Shown here: piece by piece, positions 28,869 through 38,507 of the stretch
How the letters are laid out: every line of letters begins with the position of its first letter
Numbering within the stretch: the first letter of the stretch is position 1
The notes under the pieces: model-generated
What the model was told of the DNA's origin: nothing
Database searches by the model: none
Seen by the model: the letters and a program-made list of their open reading frames with translations, nothing else
NCBI GenBank assembly: GCA_020724555.1
Contig: DYGT01000004.1
Span: forward strand, 9,564-73,563
Direction: 5' to 3'
Source: Candidatus Microgenomatus sp.
GTDB taxonomy: Bacteria; Patescibacteriota; Microgenomatia; UBA8517
DNA: 64,000 nucleotides
Program-made: the position numbers and the translations under genes

Positions 28869-30461
28869 TTATATACCATATACCAGCATTGCAATTGGGT
28901 AAGCGTTGACGTCGAAAATAGTTTCTGACCGAAAACCGGCAAGCCCGCCTTCTTGAAACTCATCCGGGCTTGCGACAAACAAAGTGTTTTCCATATTTTT
29001 ATCTACCTGCCAATTAAGGTCACGAAAAATAAATTTACCGAAATCAAATGAATGACGAGGCGTACCGATTGCCTCCAAGTCCAGCTCGCGATAATAACGC
29101 TCCGGATCAAACTTGCCATAAAAAAGGTAAAAAATATAAGGCTGGGCATGAGGGGAATCTATCAAAACCGTCTCAAAACTGCGCTCCATTGCCATAACCT
29201 TCGGAACGATTAAATCAAATCCCGGCTGCCAGTTGGGGCTATCGCGGTGTACCAGTTGGACATGGATTGAATCAAATACGTATATCGCCCTTGTAATTAA
29301 AAACCCGACTAAAGCTAAATATAAAAATATCTTCACACTCCGAATATTTAAAGAAAAAAAACGGATCAATTCATCAAGACCGATGGCAATAACTATACTA
29401 AACGTGACAAAAAGTGTGAGTGCCCTGCCCGGTTGGAACCAATTCCATGTCAATGCAGCAGGAATTGGCGCTAAAAATATTAAAGCCAGTAAGTATTTAT
29501 TCTTATATTTTTTTAGCAAAAGATAAAGCCCGACAGCCCAAGGAACAAACTCAAAAGGATGAAAAATAGAATTTCCCGCTAGTACCGTTGCGGGCTCCAG
29601 GGGCTCGCGGACAAAAAGGTTTGCAGGTGAAAAATATGCCATATAGCGCCCTACAATCTGCCAAAACATTTGATATACGGGGTTGGCAAAAACAAACTCT
29701 TTCAGGTTTGAGGGCAATCCGGTCCAAAGCGTAAAAATATGGGTTGAGCCTACCCTGGCAAACATTTGCCCTTTAAGCACAAAATACAAAAAAATCACAA
29801 AAAAGGCGGTTATTATCCCAAAACTTATACGCTTATACTTTGTGTGTAAACTTTTCAAATATTTACGGTCGCAGAAAAGCAAAAATGCCAGAAACAGTGG
29901 TACCAGCAATTTATTGGCATTATAAGTAAACCAGGATAATCCCATAAATAAAGCCGAAAAGACGATTAAATATGACCTTTTCTTTGCGGATATATAAAGC
30001 AACAGACCCATTAAAAGAAAAAACAGGGCAATATTTGCATCGTGATAAACACGGGCCATGTGTACTGCCCAAGGCTCAACGGCATATAAAAACGCGCTCA
30101 AAAGTGCGTATCTTGTGTTTTTAAAAAGAGTTAAAACCAAAAAGTACAACAAAATAATATTGATTGACCCCAAAATCGACGAAGGCAAACGCACCGCATT
30201 TTCCGTTAAACCAAAATAACTTATAAATGGAATCATTAAATAGCTCGGCAGAGCAGGCTTATATTCATCAAAAGATCTTGTAAAAACGGGCAGTCTTACT
30301 CCATACTCATCTTTACCGGTTTTCATGAGCGAATATGCGTTATAACCCCAGGCAGCTTCGTCCCAATTTAGCGTCGGAGGCGACGACGATAAACGATAAA
30401 TTCGCAAAAAGGCTCCTAGCACAAATATTAAAATTAAAATGAGAATACCCAATCTTTTCAT
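28869..30461 (-). CDS. ArnT/PMT-like GT-C glycosyltransferase (family A)
   Basis: NWDEAAWGYNAYSLMKTGKDEYG, EYKP, VRLPS motifs. Confidence 0.88.
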   Translation of the reverse strand: MKRLGILILILIFVLGAFLRIYRLSSSPPTLNWDEAAWGYNAYSLMKTGKDEYGVRLPVFTRSFDEYKPALPSYLMIPFISYFGLTENAVRLPSSILGSINIILLYFLVLTLFKNTRYALLSAFLYAVEPWAVHMARVYHDANIALFFLLMGLLLYISAKKRSYLIVFSALFMGLSWFTYNANKLLVPLFLAFLLFCDRKYLKSLHTKYKRISFGIITAFFVIFLYFVLKGQMFARVGSTHIFTLWTGLPSNLKEFVFANPVYQMFWQIVGRYMAYFSPANLFVREPLEPATVLAGNSIFHPFEFVPWAVGLYLLLKKYKNKYLLALIFLAPIPAALTWNWFQPGRALTLFVTFSIVIAIGLDELIRFFSLNIRSVKIFLYLALVGFLITRAIYVFDSIHVQLVHRDSPNWQPGFDLIVPKVMAMERSFETVLIDSPHAQPYIFYLFYGKFDPERYYRELDLEAIGTPRHSFDFGKFIFRDLNWQVDKNMENTLFVASPDEFQEGGLAGFRSETIFDVNAYPIAMLVYGI

Positions 30462-31979
30462 TTATTTATATTTAATTACCCACAGGCTATCCCCCATTTC
30501 GGGGTTATTAATGGAAATATTTTCTATTTTTTCATCCGGCTTAAAATTACCTCCAAACTCACCGGGAAACCCAACCCAAATCTGTCCTTGTCTTTTGTCT
30601 TCTTTTTGAAAATCAAAGGAGCGATAAGTTACGTTACCCACCGATTCAATCCTTTGCCGACCATCCGGGGTAGTTATCCCAAGTACACGCTTGTTGTAAA
30701 AATCATCTCTTCCGACTTGTTCATAAAATAAATAAAAATAAATGCCTTCGCCTATCCTGTCGGTTATAATTATCTGATTTTGTGAAATTTCCTCTTCGCT
30801 TATCCGCTCCCAGATTTCCCGGCTGCCGCGCGCCAGGCTTGTTTGCCATGGCGCATTCCTAAAAATATGTAAAAAATTAGCAAAAGAAAATATGACCAAA
30901 ACCAAAAAGGCATATTTATAAAGCTTTTTTATTTTTAAGTTTTCGACGAGCTGACTATATGCCAATAAAAATATGGGAATTAAAAGCCCAAAGGCACCGG
31001 TTCCCCAAAAAAAGTACCCCAAAAATACAAAAACACAAAATGCTTTAATTTTTGGGTTTGCATTTTTAAATAATAAATATAATCCATAAATCAGCAGTGG
31101 TACTTCCCAAAAATATAACCAGGGCAGGGGCGTGAATAAATTCTGCTTTGCCAAGATAGTGTTTGCTTTATCAAAACTGGTTAAATATTCATAATCAAAA
31201 ATGTTTGCAAACCACACAAACACTCTTCTAATAATAAAACTGGGTTTGTTGTAAAACAGTCGATTAAAGTTAAACGAGTCCGTAATTAAGGGCGAATCAT
31301 GGATAACCCCGTAAGATAAATTATTATCCAAGGTAAAAACATAAGAACTGGGGTGAATAAACTTAATGATACTTGTTTGATAAATAAAATTTTTCAACGG
31401 AGTTGAAATAATTATGAAAAGTAGTGCTAAAGGTATCAGCACAAAAACCGGGCGTTTTAGAGCCAACCCGGTGCTTACTAGGATAATAAAAACGATGTTA
31501 TAAAAAGAAGTAAAAAACAAAAGAATCAGTAAAAAAAATAATTTTACATCTTCCTTTTTAAGCAAATTATCCAAAAACAAAAGCATTAATCCAAAAGTAA
31601 AAATCAAACCAAAATCATCAGTGCTAACCCTGATAAAAGATATCAAAAACGCCGTCACAACGACTAATAAGTTTGCCTGTTTTTTATTTTTAATAATGTT
31701 TGGGGAAACTCTCCAAACTATAAACAACGAAAATATTCCGGCAATTAGATTCGGTAACCTCACGGCAAAGGTGTTTAAACCAAATAGTTTAATGCTTAAT
31801 GCTTTCAAATAAACTCCAAGCGTCGAAACATAATAATTGTCCGTCCGGTATAATATTTTTGGTTCGAAAATAAATGCCGTATATCCTTCTTTAACTTCCT
31901 CGTATGACAAGGGGTAATTAATAGCGATATGTGTTAAAAAAAATATTAGAAGTGCGACAAAAAAATATATTTTTTTCAT
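30462..31979 (-). CDS. Divergent family A GT-C-like membrane protein with altered catalytic loop
   Basis: LSYEEVKEGYTAF in place of NWDE..GYNAY; the KTG.DE.G segment is absent; LFGLNTFAVRLP and NRLFYNK are kept. Confidence 0.75.
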   Translation of the reverse strand: MKKIYFFVALLIFFLTHIAINYPLSYEEVKEGYTAFIFEPKILYRTDNYYVSTLGVYLKALSIKLFGLNTFAVRLPNLIAGIFSLFIVWRVSPNIIKNKKQANLLVVVTAFLISFIRVSTDDFGLIFTFGLMLLFLDNLLKKEDVKLFFLLILLFFTSFYNIVFIILVSTGLALKRPVFVLIPLALLFIIISTPLKNFIYQTSIIKFIHPSSYVFTLDNNLSYGVIHDSPLITDSFNFNRLFYNKPSFIIRRVFVWFANIFDYEYLTSFDKANTILAKQNLFTPLPWLYFWEVPLLIYGLYLLFKNANPKIKAFCVFVFLGYFFWGTGAFGLLIPIFLLAYSQLVENLKIKKLYKYAFLVLVIFSFANFLHIFRNAPWQTSLARGSREIWERISEEEISQNQIIITDRIGEGIYFYLFYEQVGRDDFYNKRVLGITTPDGRQRIESVGNVTYRSFDFQKEDKRQGQIWVGFPGEFGGNFKPDEKIENISINNPEMGDSLWVIKYK

Positions 31980-33658
31980 TTAACTTCGTAGATCGTCACC
32001 CGGCTATTTTTGTAAATTTCTTCTATCCCGAGTTGGGTTTCTCCCAAAACTGCCCGCTGCCCATAAAGCCAGTAAATATAAGAAATGTTGTTATCCCTTA
32101 AAAAATTGTAAACAAAGCCATGGTCTTGGCTATTTAACCATTCTTCCACGCTTTCGCGTCTTTTAACCCAATCGTAGCCGGTAATGGTCAAGTTTACTTC
32201 ATCTTCCAAAAATACGGGCTTTTTCGAAAAAGAAGATACATAAGCACTACTTACATATGCGTATAACGGCACCGGAGGCACCATTTTGTCTTTAAGCAAA
32301 GGATCATAAGGATAAGTCAGGACAACGCCTTCCGGTTCATTGGCTAAAAATTGCAAAGCCTCAAATTCTTCTCGCAGCAAGGCTGCGGGTGGTACTTTTG
32401 TTAAGTAATGATATTTTAAAGTAGCAATACTCGTTGGTATTGTAAAAATTATTATCAAAGTAGTAAATAAAATAGCGGCCTTGCGGGGTAATTTTTTGTT
32501 TATACCAGACAAGACAATACCGGCTAAAATAGCCATAAAAAATTGCGCATAATATAAAAACTGTATCGTATTCCAGGCTGTGCCCTTTTGCAAAAAAATC
32601 ATTGGAGCTGCTATCCCGCCGAGAATAATCAAGGCGGAAATTATACTTTCCATTTCATATTTTTTTTCTTTAATTCTAAAAAAATACAATAAACCGAGAA
32701 GTTTTGTACTAAAGTTCCCCAAAATAAAAATGACAAATGCCCCTATATAAGAAGCAACCAATTTTAGATACACCCCTTGGGATTTATAGGCCGTCATGGC
32801 CTCGAAATAGCGTTGCCAACCAAAGCGGTCCGAAAGTCCCATCATTGTTTCTAAAAACCAAAAAGGCTTAATCACCAGAAGCCCGGATGAATTCCGATTA
32901 AGCGGTATAAATAAAATTAAGGATAAAACCAAAGACGCTAAAAATACAAAAAATTCTGAAAACTTTTTATTTTTAAAATAGCGGTATAAAGAATAGATAA
33001 ACAAAGCTGATAAAAGCAGTACCCCGGCGTACGCTTTAATTGATAAAAGAACCGAAAAACAAGTAGTGGCACCCCATGCCGTTTTGTTTTTTTTAGTTTT
33101 TAAATAAGATTGATAAAAAATAAGCCCCAAAAGCAGAATGATTAAAGACATGGCATAGGGAGGATTTATGAGCGTCGAAATTGCCTGTTGTGACCAAAAC
33201 ATAGACTCACCGTCAAAATTACCGTTTCTTATAAAACTTACAAGCCAGCCCAATGAGCCGCCAAAATATATAAAAAACAAACTCCAGTTCGCACTATCCC
33301 TACCCCGCCAATTTCCAACAAAGATATAAGTCAAGACACCGATAAGCAGCGAAAATAAGACAGGAATTATTTGAAAATATAAATATCTGACCGGAATTCT
33401 TGTCAACGCGTGTAAGATAGCAACAAAGATATCAAAACCTATATGGTAATTTCTTATACTTTCACCGGCAAAAATGGGCATTTCCAAACTCCCCTTTGCC
33501 AAAGATTCAATAATTGACATATGCCATATACCGTCATGTCCGTTCGGGCCCCAAAAACCAAGACCGTATTCATACATCAGACCTGAACGAACCATAACAA
33601 AGGACCAAGAGATACTGCCGATTAAGATAATAAATATGGTTAAGCGTTTTGCGCCCAT
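31976..33658 (-). CDS. Polytopic GT-C-like membrane protein
   Basis: N-terminal TM then GPNGHDGIWH...NYH; many TMs; soluble C-terminal domain ending FLRDNNISYIY. Confidence 0.7.
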   Translation of the reverse strand: MGAKRLTIFIILIGSISWSFVMVRSGLMYEYGLGFWGPNGHDGIWHMSIIESLAKGSLEMPIFAGESIRNYHIGFDIFVAILHALTRIPVRYLYFQIIPVLFSLLIGVLTYIFVGNWRGRDSANWSLFFIYFGGSLGWLVSFIRNGNFDGESMFWSQQAISTLINPPYAMSLIILLLGLIFYQSYLKTKKNKTAWGATTCFSVLLSIKAYAGVLLLSALFIYSLYRYFKNKKFSEFFVFLASLVLSLILFIPLNRNSSGLLVIKPFWFLETMMGLSDRFGWQRYFEAMTAYKSQGVYLKLVASYIGAFVIFILGNFSTKLLGLLYFFRIKEKKYEMESIISALIILGGIAAPMIFLQKGTAWNTIQFLYYAQFFMAILAGIVLSGINKKLPRKAAILFTTLIIIFTIPTSIATLKYHYLTKVPPAALLREEFEALQFLANEPEGVVLTYPYDPLLKDKMVPPVPLYAYVSSAYVSSFSKKPVFLEDEVNLTITGYDWVKRRESVEEWLNSQDHGFVYNFLRDNNISYIYWLYGQRAVLGETQLGIEEIYKNSRVTIYEVK

Positions 33659-34527
33659 GCTTCAAATTCTCCTGTATAAGCACGAAAGGAATAATTATTT
33701 ATACCCAATTTTATTGATAATTTTTTAAGATTTTCAAATATAAACGGGGAGTAATATTTAAGCCTGTTAAAAACATACTCAACACTTAAAACATGATAAG
33801 TTGTACTAATTTCTATATTTTTGAAACCAGCAAGTTCCAAAGCTTTACGCATGGATTGTTTATTAAAATAAGTCACATGCTCACCGGGTTTATAATGGTA
33901 CCACAACGAGCGCAAAATTTTTGCCCAATAGCCTCCTATATCACAGGTAATTAATAAAAGTATGCCGTTATTTTTTAAATATTTTCTGGCAAAACGAAGT
34001 TCCTCCACGGGATCTATAATATGCTCAATTACATCCTGGTAAATTATTACGTCATAAGTTCCCCTAAGTTTTGCTTTTCTTAAAGGGCCTTTATACACTT
34101 TTAAATTTCTTTTTCTGGCCTGAGATCTGGCAAATGCGGACACTTCCACGCCGTGCGCTTTGCTCCACCCCATTTTTTTTGCCTCAACCAGGCAATCGCC
34201 AAAAGCGCATCCTACGTCTAAAATGCTTCCTTTTCCGTATTTTTTAGCAATTTTTTCTAAACGGTGGCGAAATGTTTTTTTACTAATCTTCATCCCTTCA
34301 TAATAATTCGCGTAACCGCCTTTGGGATTATCATTAATATAATATGACCTATCATACTGCGCTAATAAATCGTCAGCGGGTGTGTGATCCCAGACCATAG
34401 AACATTTTTTGCACCTACTTAAACGGTAACCCTGCATTGCCCAATACTTTTCCCTGTCTCGGCTTCCACACACCGGACAGGAATCAATTGTTTTTAACGG
34501 TATTTCTGATAATTTTTTTGGCATCAT
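33640..34527 (-). CDS. Class I SAM-dependent methyltransferase with N-terminal Zn-ribbon
   Basis: CPVC...CKKC, ILDVGCAFG, GVEVS, DVIEH, EHVTYF motifs. Confidence 0.9.
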   Translation of the reverse strand: MMPKKLSEIPLKTIDSCPVCGSRDREKYWAMQGYRLSRCKKCSMVWDHTPADDLLAQYDRSYYINDNPKGGYANYYEGMKISKKTFRHRLEKIAKKYGKGSILDVGCAFGDCLVEAKKMGWSKAHGVEVSAFARSQARKRNLKVYKGPLRKAKLRGTYDVIIYQDVIEHIIDPVEELRFARKYLKNNGILLLITCDIGGYWAKILRSLWYHYKPGEHVTYFNKQSMRKALELAGFKNIEISTTYHVLSVEYVFNRLKYYSPFIFENLKKLSIKLGINNYSFRAYTGEFEAWAQNA

Positions 34528-35965
34528 AAATTAAGCTTTTTCCGATTATTAAATATGAAAAAATTAAATAAAATATTCCACCGCTTCCTACCATAAATAC
34601 AAAATTAAACCAATTTGCCGACAGCCGGTTGACTAAAACAAATAAATATATCCCCATACTAATCGCAGATACAAAAGGCGCCGCTGCTTTTAGGATAGAA
34701 AAATCTACATATTTTTTCCCTACCCATATGGCCACAACAGAACTTAACCCTACCAATGCGTATCCGGCAGATGCTCCTAAAACATCCCATTTTATAGCCA
34801 AAATCGGCACTAAAATAACAGTCAGGATTGTATACATTATCGTAATCTTAATAGTTGTCTTCACTCTGCCAATGGCGGTAAGCATATTTGATATTTGCGT
34901 AGCAAAAGCGGCAAACAAAACATTAAAAGCTACAAACCACATTAACGGAGCCGCCGGTGCCCATTTTTGATATCTGGGAAGGATTATCATCAAATCCGGC
35001 GCCAGCAACAAAAAGCCAATGACGCTTGGATATACCAAAAAAGTTATAAACATGATTGAACGCGTGACAACTTTTGCCAGCTCGATTTTGTTGTCCTGCA
35101 TACGGGAAAATGCCGGAAAAGAAACTTTGGTAACGTTGTCCATAAAAAGCCGGAGTGGTATTTGTGTTAACCGCATAGCCGTTCCCAAGTAGCCGACGGC
35201 CGCTTGGCTTAAGATGCCTCCAAGCAAAAGAATAACCCCCTGGTCTTTCAAAACGGAGATAAAAGTATTAATTTGATACGGAATACCGAATTGCAAAAGA
35301 CCCTTAAGTGCCTTTCGGGAAAATGCGATACCCGGCATCCACGGCTCAAGAATATAAATAGTAACAAGTCCTACAACACCGCGGATAAGAACAGCATATG
35401 TAAAACTTCTAAGTCCCAAACCCGTATAAGCAAAATAAACCAAAGACACGTTATAAAATAAATTTTCTAATATTTCGGGCAGTACAAATTTTCCAAATTC
35501 AAGCTTACGCTCCAACAAAACCGAGGGAATGCTTTTTAAAGAAGAAAAAAACAAAGAAAAGCCCAAAGCAAAGAGCAAATATTTCCCCTCAGTGCTTAGA
35601 TCATAAGCTTTTATAACAAGCGGACTTGATAAAAAAAGTATCAAAATCAAAACTATTACCAAGCCTTGCTGAACGGTAAAGGTGGTTTTTAGTTCCAAAT
35701 CGCTTAACTTTTCTTTTTTCTGGATCAGTGCTGCTGCCAAACCCACGTCTGAAAAATACATTAGAAAATAGACAAAGGCGTTTACTATGTAATAAACCCC
35801 GATTTCCTGCGGATCCAAAAAGGCCAAAAGTAAAAGCTGGGAAACGGTGGTAATTGCATTTAACAAAAACCCTCGACCGGTCAAAATTGCCACCCCCCTG
35901 ACCGCTCTTTTTTTAACGGTATCTAAGTTAAGCTCGATGGCGTTATCTAAATTCTGCTCTTCCAC
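34484..35965 (-). CDS. wzx: Wzx (WzxC-like) oligosaccharide flippase
   Basis: SDVGLAAALIQK, L.R.LEF, LG.ILS..AVGY, VSFPAFSRMQD, KW.PA motifs; GTG start. Confidence 0.88.
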   Translation of the reverse strand: MEEQNLDNAIELNLDTVKKRAVRGVAILTGRGFLLNAITTVSQLLLLAFLDPQEIGVYYIVNAFVYFLMYFSDVGLAAALIQKKEKLSDLELKTTFTVQQGLVIVLILILFLSSPLVIKAYDLSTEGKYLLFALGFSLFFSSLKSIPSVLLERKLEFGKFVLPEILENLFYNVSLVYFAYTGLGLRSFTYAVLIRGVVGLVTIYILEPWMPGIAFSRKALKGLLQFGIPYQINTFISVLKDQGVILLLGGILSQAAVGYLGTAMRLTQIPLRLFMDNVTKVSFPAFSRMQDNKIELAKVVTRSIMFITFLVYPSVIGFLLLAPDLMIILPRYQKWAPAAPLMWFVAFNVLFAAFATQISNMLTAIGRVKTTIKITIMYTILTVILVPILAIKWDVLGASAGYALVGLSSVVAIWVGKKYVDFSILKAAAPFVSAISMGIYLFVLVNRLSANWFNFVFMVGSGGIFYLIFSYLIIGKSLIYDAKKIIRNTVKNN

Positions 35966-35971
35966 TTGATA

Positions 35972-35980
35972 ATTGTATCA
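35972..35980 (-). promoter_or_regulatory. Extended -10 TGaTACAAT, 6 nt before GTG 35965 (wzx)
   Basis: Lies in the divergent 50-bp gap, inside a TGATA-N4-TATCA inverted repeat. Confidence 0.6.
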
Positions 35981-36015
35981 TCCGGTTTGATGTAAAATAA
36001 ATCTAGTTTAAAATA

Positions 36016-36837
36016 ATGATTCGCCTAAAAAATATTTACAATAAAACAAAACTTCCTGTCTTGGTTTTTCTTTCAATAATTTTTTGGCCACTTAATCTTT
36101 TCATCAACAATTCTCCGAAAACTTTTTTGGTATCCGTAGCTCCGGCAATACTCACAGCTTTGTCTTATCAAGAGCCGTTATTTCTGCTTTTTATTCCCAT
36201 AATTTCTCCTAAATTGTTACTATTTCCGCTTATATTCATCCTGGTGGTGTTTTATTTCAAAAAAATATCTAAAACCAACGTCTTTTTATTTTTAATATTT
36301 TACTCATTCATCTTTTTATTAAGATGGCCTGACTTTTATAACCAGTCTATTTTTCCTTATGACTATGAAGCTCAACAACAAGTAGTTCGGGACACACAAC
36401 TATATGACTCAGTGTTTTTGGCCAGATTATTTCACAATAAGGCAAAAATTAGGATTGATGATTTTAACACCAATCTGTTTTCGCTTCTGGACCCAAACAA
36501 TTATTTCTTCAATTTTCATCCACGCTTACCCCTCTCTCCCAACCAAATGCTGTCAAAATATGGCTTTGCTACCTTCGTACCACTCCTAATTGGTTTTATA
36601 AATTTAAATAAGATTAAGTATAAGGAATATTTGATAAGCGTTTTTATTGGCGCATTGGTCAGCCTGTCTTTTTTGAAAATTTTCGACGCGCACGATTTTA
36701 TCTTGTGGATACCGCTTTCTATTCTAATTTCATCCGGTTTATCAAAAATTGATAATTTATCAAATAGAAAAAATTACTTTGGGGAAATTTATGCAGTAGT
36801 TTTATTAATTGAACTAGTCAGATTGGTAATTAAATGA
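36016..36837 (+). CDS. Short membrane protein homologous to the central part of family A GT-C; lacks the DE catalytic loop
   Basis: ARLFHNK and LDPNNYFF motifs; ATGA overlap with the following full-length GT-C. Confidence 0.7.
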   Translation: MIRLKNIYNKTKLPVLVFLSIIFWPLNLFINNSPKTFLVSVAPAILTALSYQEPLFLLFIPIISPKLLLFPLIFILVVFYFKKISKTNVFLFLIFYSFIFLLRWPDFYNQSIFPYDYEAQQQVVRDTQLYDSVFLARLFHNKAKIRIDDFNTNLFSLLDPNNYFFNFHPRLPLSPNQMLSKYGFATFVPLLIGFINLNKIKYKEYLISVFIGALVSLSFLKIFDAHDFILWIPLSILISSGLSKIDNLSNRKNYFGEIYAVVLLIELVRLVIK

Positions 36838-38507
36838 TGAATAAATTTAAAAAATACTTAATCTATATAATCTTTTTTGTTATTTTACTCCTTGCTTTTG
36901 TAACGCGTTTTTATAAATTGGGCCAGGCTCCCGCTGGTCTTTATTTAGACGAAGCGGCACAAGGTTACAATGCATATTCAATTTTAAAAACAGGCAAAGA
37001 CGAATTCGGAAAAGGTTTTCCGATAATTTTCAGGTCATTTAATGATTTTAAAACACCTGTTTATATTTATCTGATCACTCCGCTTATACCAATTTTTGGA
37101 TTAACTAAATTTACTGTTCGTTTTCCGTCTTTTCTCTTCAGCCTTTTAACTTTTCCCTACTTATACTTACTTATTAGCAACATCACAAACAAAAAACTTG
37201 CCAAAAAACTGGCATTATTAACATCTCTTTTGCTTGCAATTTCCCCTTGGCATATTTTATTTGGCAGAACGAACTTTGAATGCAATGTTGCCCTATTTTT
37301 CTTCATTGCCGGATCATATTATTTTTTTATTGGTCTTAATAAGCCAAAATATCTGATTTTATCGGCCCTATTTTGGGCACTGGCAATCCCGAGCTACCAT
37401 TCACAACGCATCATAACGCCCATTATGATGCTTGTGCTTTTATTTAAATACAAAAACCAACTTTTAAAAGATGGCTCCCGAAAATACATTTTATACGGCT
37501 GTTTGCTGGGGTTTATAATTTTGCTTCCAACATTGTTAGTTTCATTTACTCCGGGTTTTTTATCCCGGGCTACCACTTTAAATATCTTTAAAACTTCACC
37601 GGTGGGAATTATTGATACCAAAAGCATTTTCTCTTTTATCATTAACAATAAAATTTACCTAAACGTAAGGGAATTTATGTCTTTGTATATATCTTATTTC
37701 TCTCCTATAAATATGTTTGTTTTAGGAGATTACGGTTTGCGAAGTTCTTTTCCTGCTCTTTCAACTTTTTTTGTGTGGCAGGCGCCTTTTTACTTTATCG
37801 GACTGTACTACCTTCTTAAAGATAAAAATCTTGGAAAAATCAGGCACTACACAATAAGTCTGCTTTTAATCGCACCCATTCCGGCTGCCGTCACCCGTGA
37901 TCCGTACACAACAATACGTGCTTTACCTTTAGTTATACCGCAATTAATCGCTATTTCCCTGGGAATCATCTTTGTTTATGAAAAGCTTGCAAAACAATGG
38001 ATTAAAATAGCTGCCATAATTTTATTTTTGTCCACGGTCGGCTACAGCCTTCTTAAGCTATATAGTTCAGTAATAGTCCTTAACGAATATTATCGTGCAC
38101 CGTATTGGAACTATGGCTGGGAAAAAGTCGTTGATTCCATAAAACTACACGCCGGAGAGATGCCGGTGGTCGTGGACGACGCCAGAGGTGAACCATATAG
38201 CCAAATTGTCTTTTTTCTAAAATATGACCCTGAGGATTTTCAGGCCAAAAACACTATAGATTTAAAAAATTACTACACCGACATGAGCAGAAGAAAAAGC
38301 AAAACTATTGGCAATATAGAAACCCGGGGAATCAACTGGGAACACGATTTAAAAAAAGAACAAATTCTGGTTGGGGATTCTCTGGCTATCTCCCGAGAAC
38401 AAATAGAAAGACACAATTTAACTTTATTAGATGAAATTTTATTTCCGGATGGCTCTGTGGCTTTTAGAATAGTTCGCACCAACCAAGAGGCCAAAGACAG
38501 CAATTAA
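36834..38507 (+). CDS. ArnT/PMT-like GT-C glycosyltransferase (family A)
   Basis: YLDEAAQGYNAYSILKTGKDEFG, DFKTP, SPWHILFGR..FE, WNYG motifs. Confidence 0.88.
   Translation: MMNKFKKYLIYIIFFVILLLAFVTRFYKLGQAPAGLYLDEAAQGYNAYSILKTGKDEFGKGFPIIFRSFNDFKTPVYIYLITPLIPIFGLTKFTVRFPSFLFSLLTFPYLYLLISNITNKKLAKKLALLTSLLLAISPWHILFGRTNFECNVALFFFIAGSYYFFIGLNKPKYLILSALFWALAIPSYHSQRIITPIMMLVLLFKYKNQLLKDGSRKYILYGCLLGFIILLPTLLVSFTPGFLSRATTLNIFKTSPVGIIDTKSIFSFIINNKIYLNVREFMSLYISYFSPINMFVLGDYGLRSSFPALSTFFVWQAPFYFIGLYYLLKDKNLGKIRHYTISLLLIAPIPAAVTRDPYTTIRALPLVIPQLIAISLGIIFVYEKLAKQWIKIAAIILFLSTVGYSLLKLYSSVIVLNEYYRAPYWNYGWEKVVDSIKLHAGEMPVVVDDARGEPYSQIVFFLKYDPEDFQAKNTIDLKNYYTDMSRRKSKTIGNIETRGINWEHDLKKEQILVGDSLAISREQIERHNLTLLDEILFPDGSVAFRIVRTNQEAKDSN

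Noticed and set aside
35979-38451. CATCCGG / CCGGATG inverted pair flanking the plus-strand cassette as possible invertase sites
   Set aside because: Only 7 bp, the right copy lies in coding sequence of both genes, and no recombinase is present in the window.
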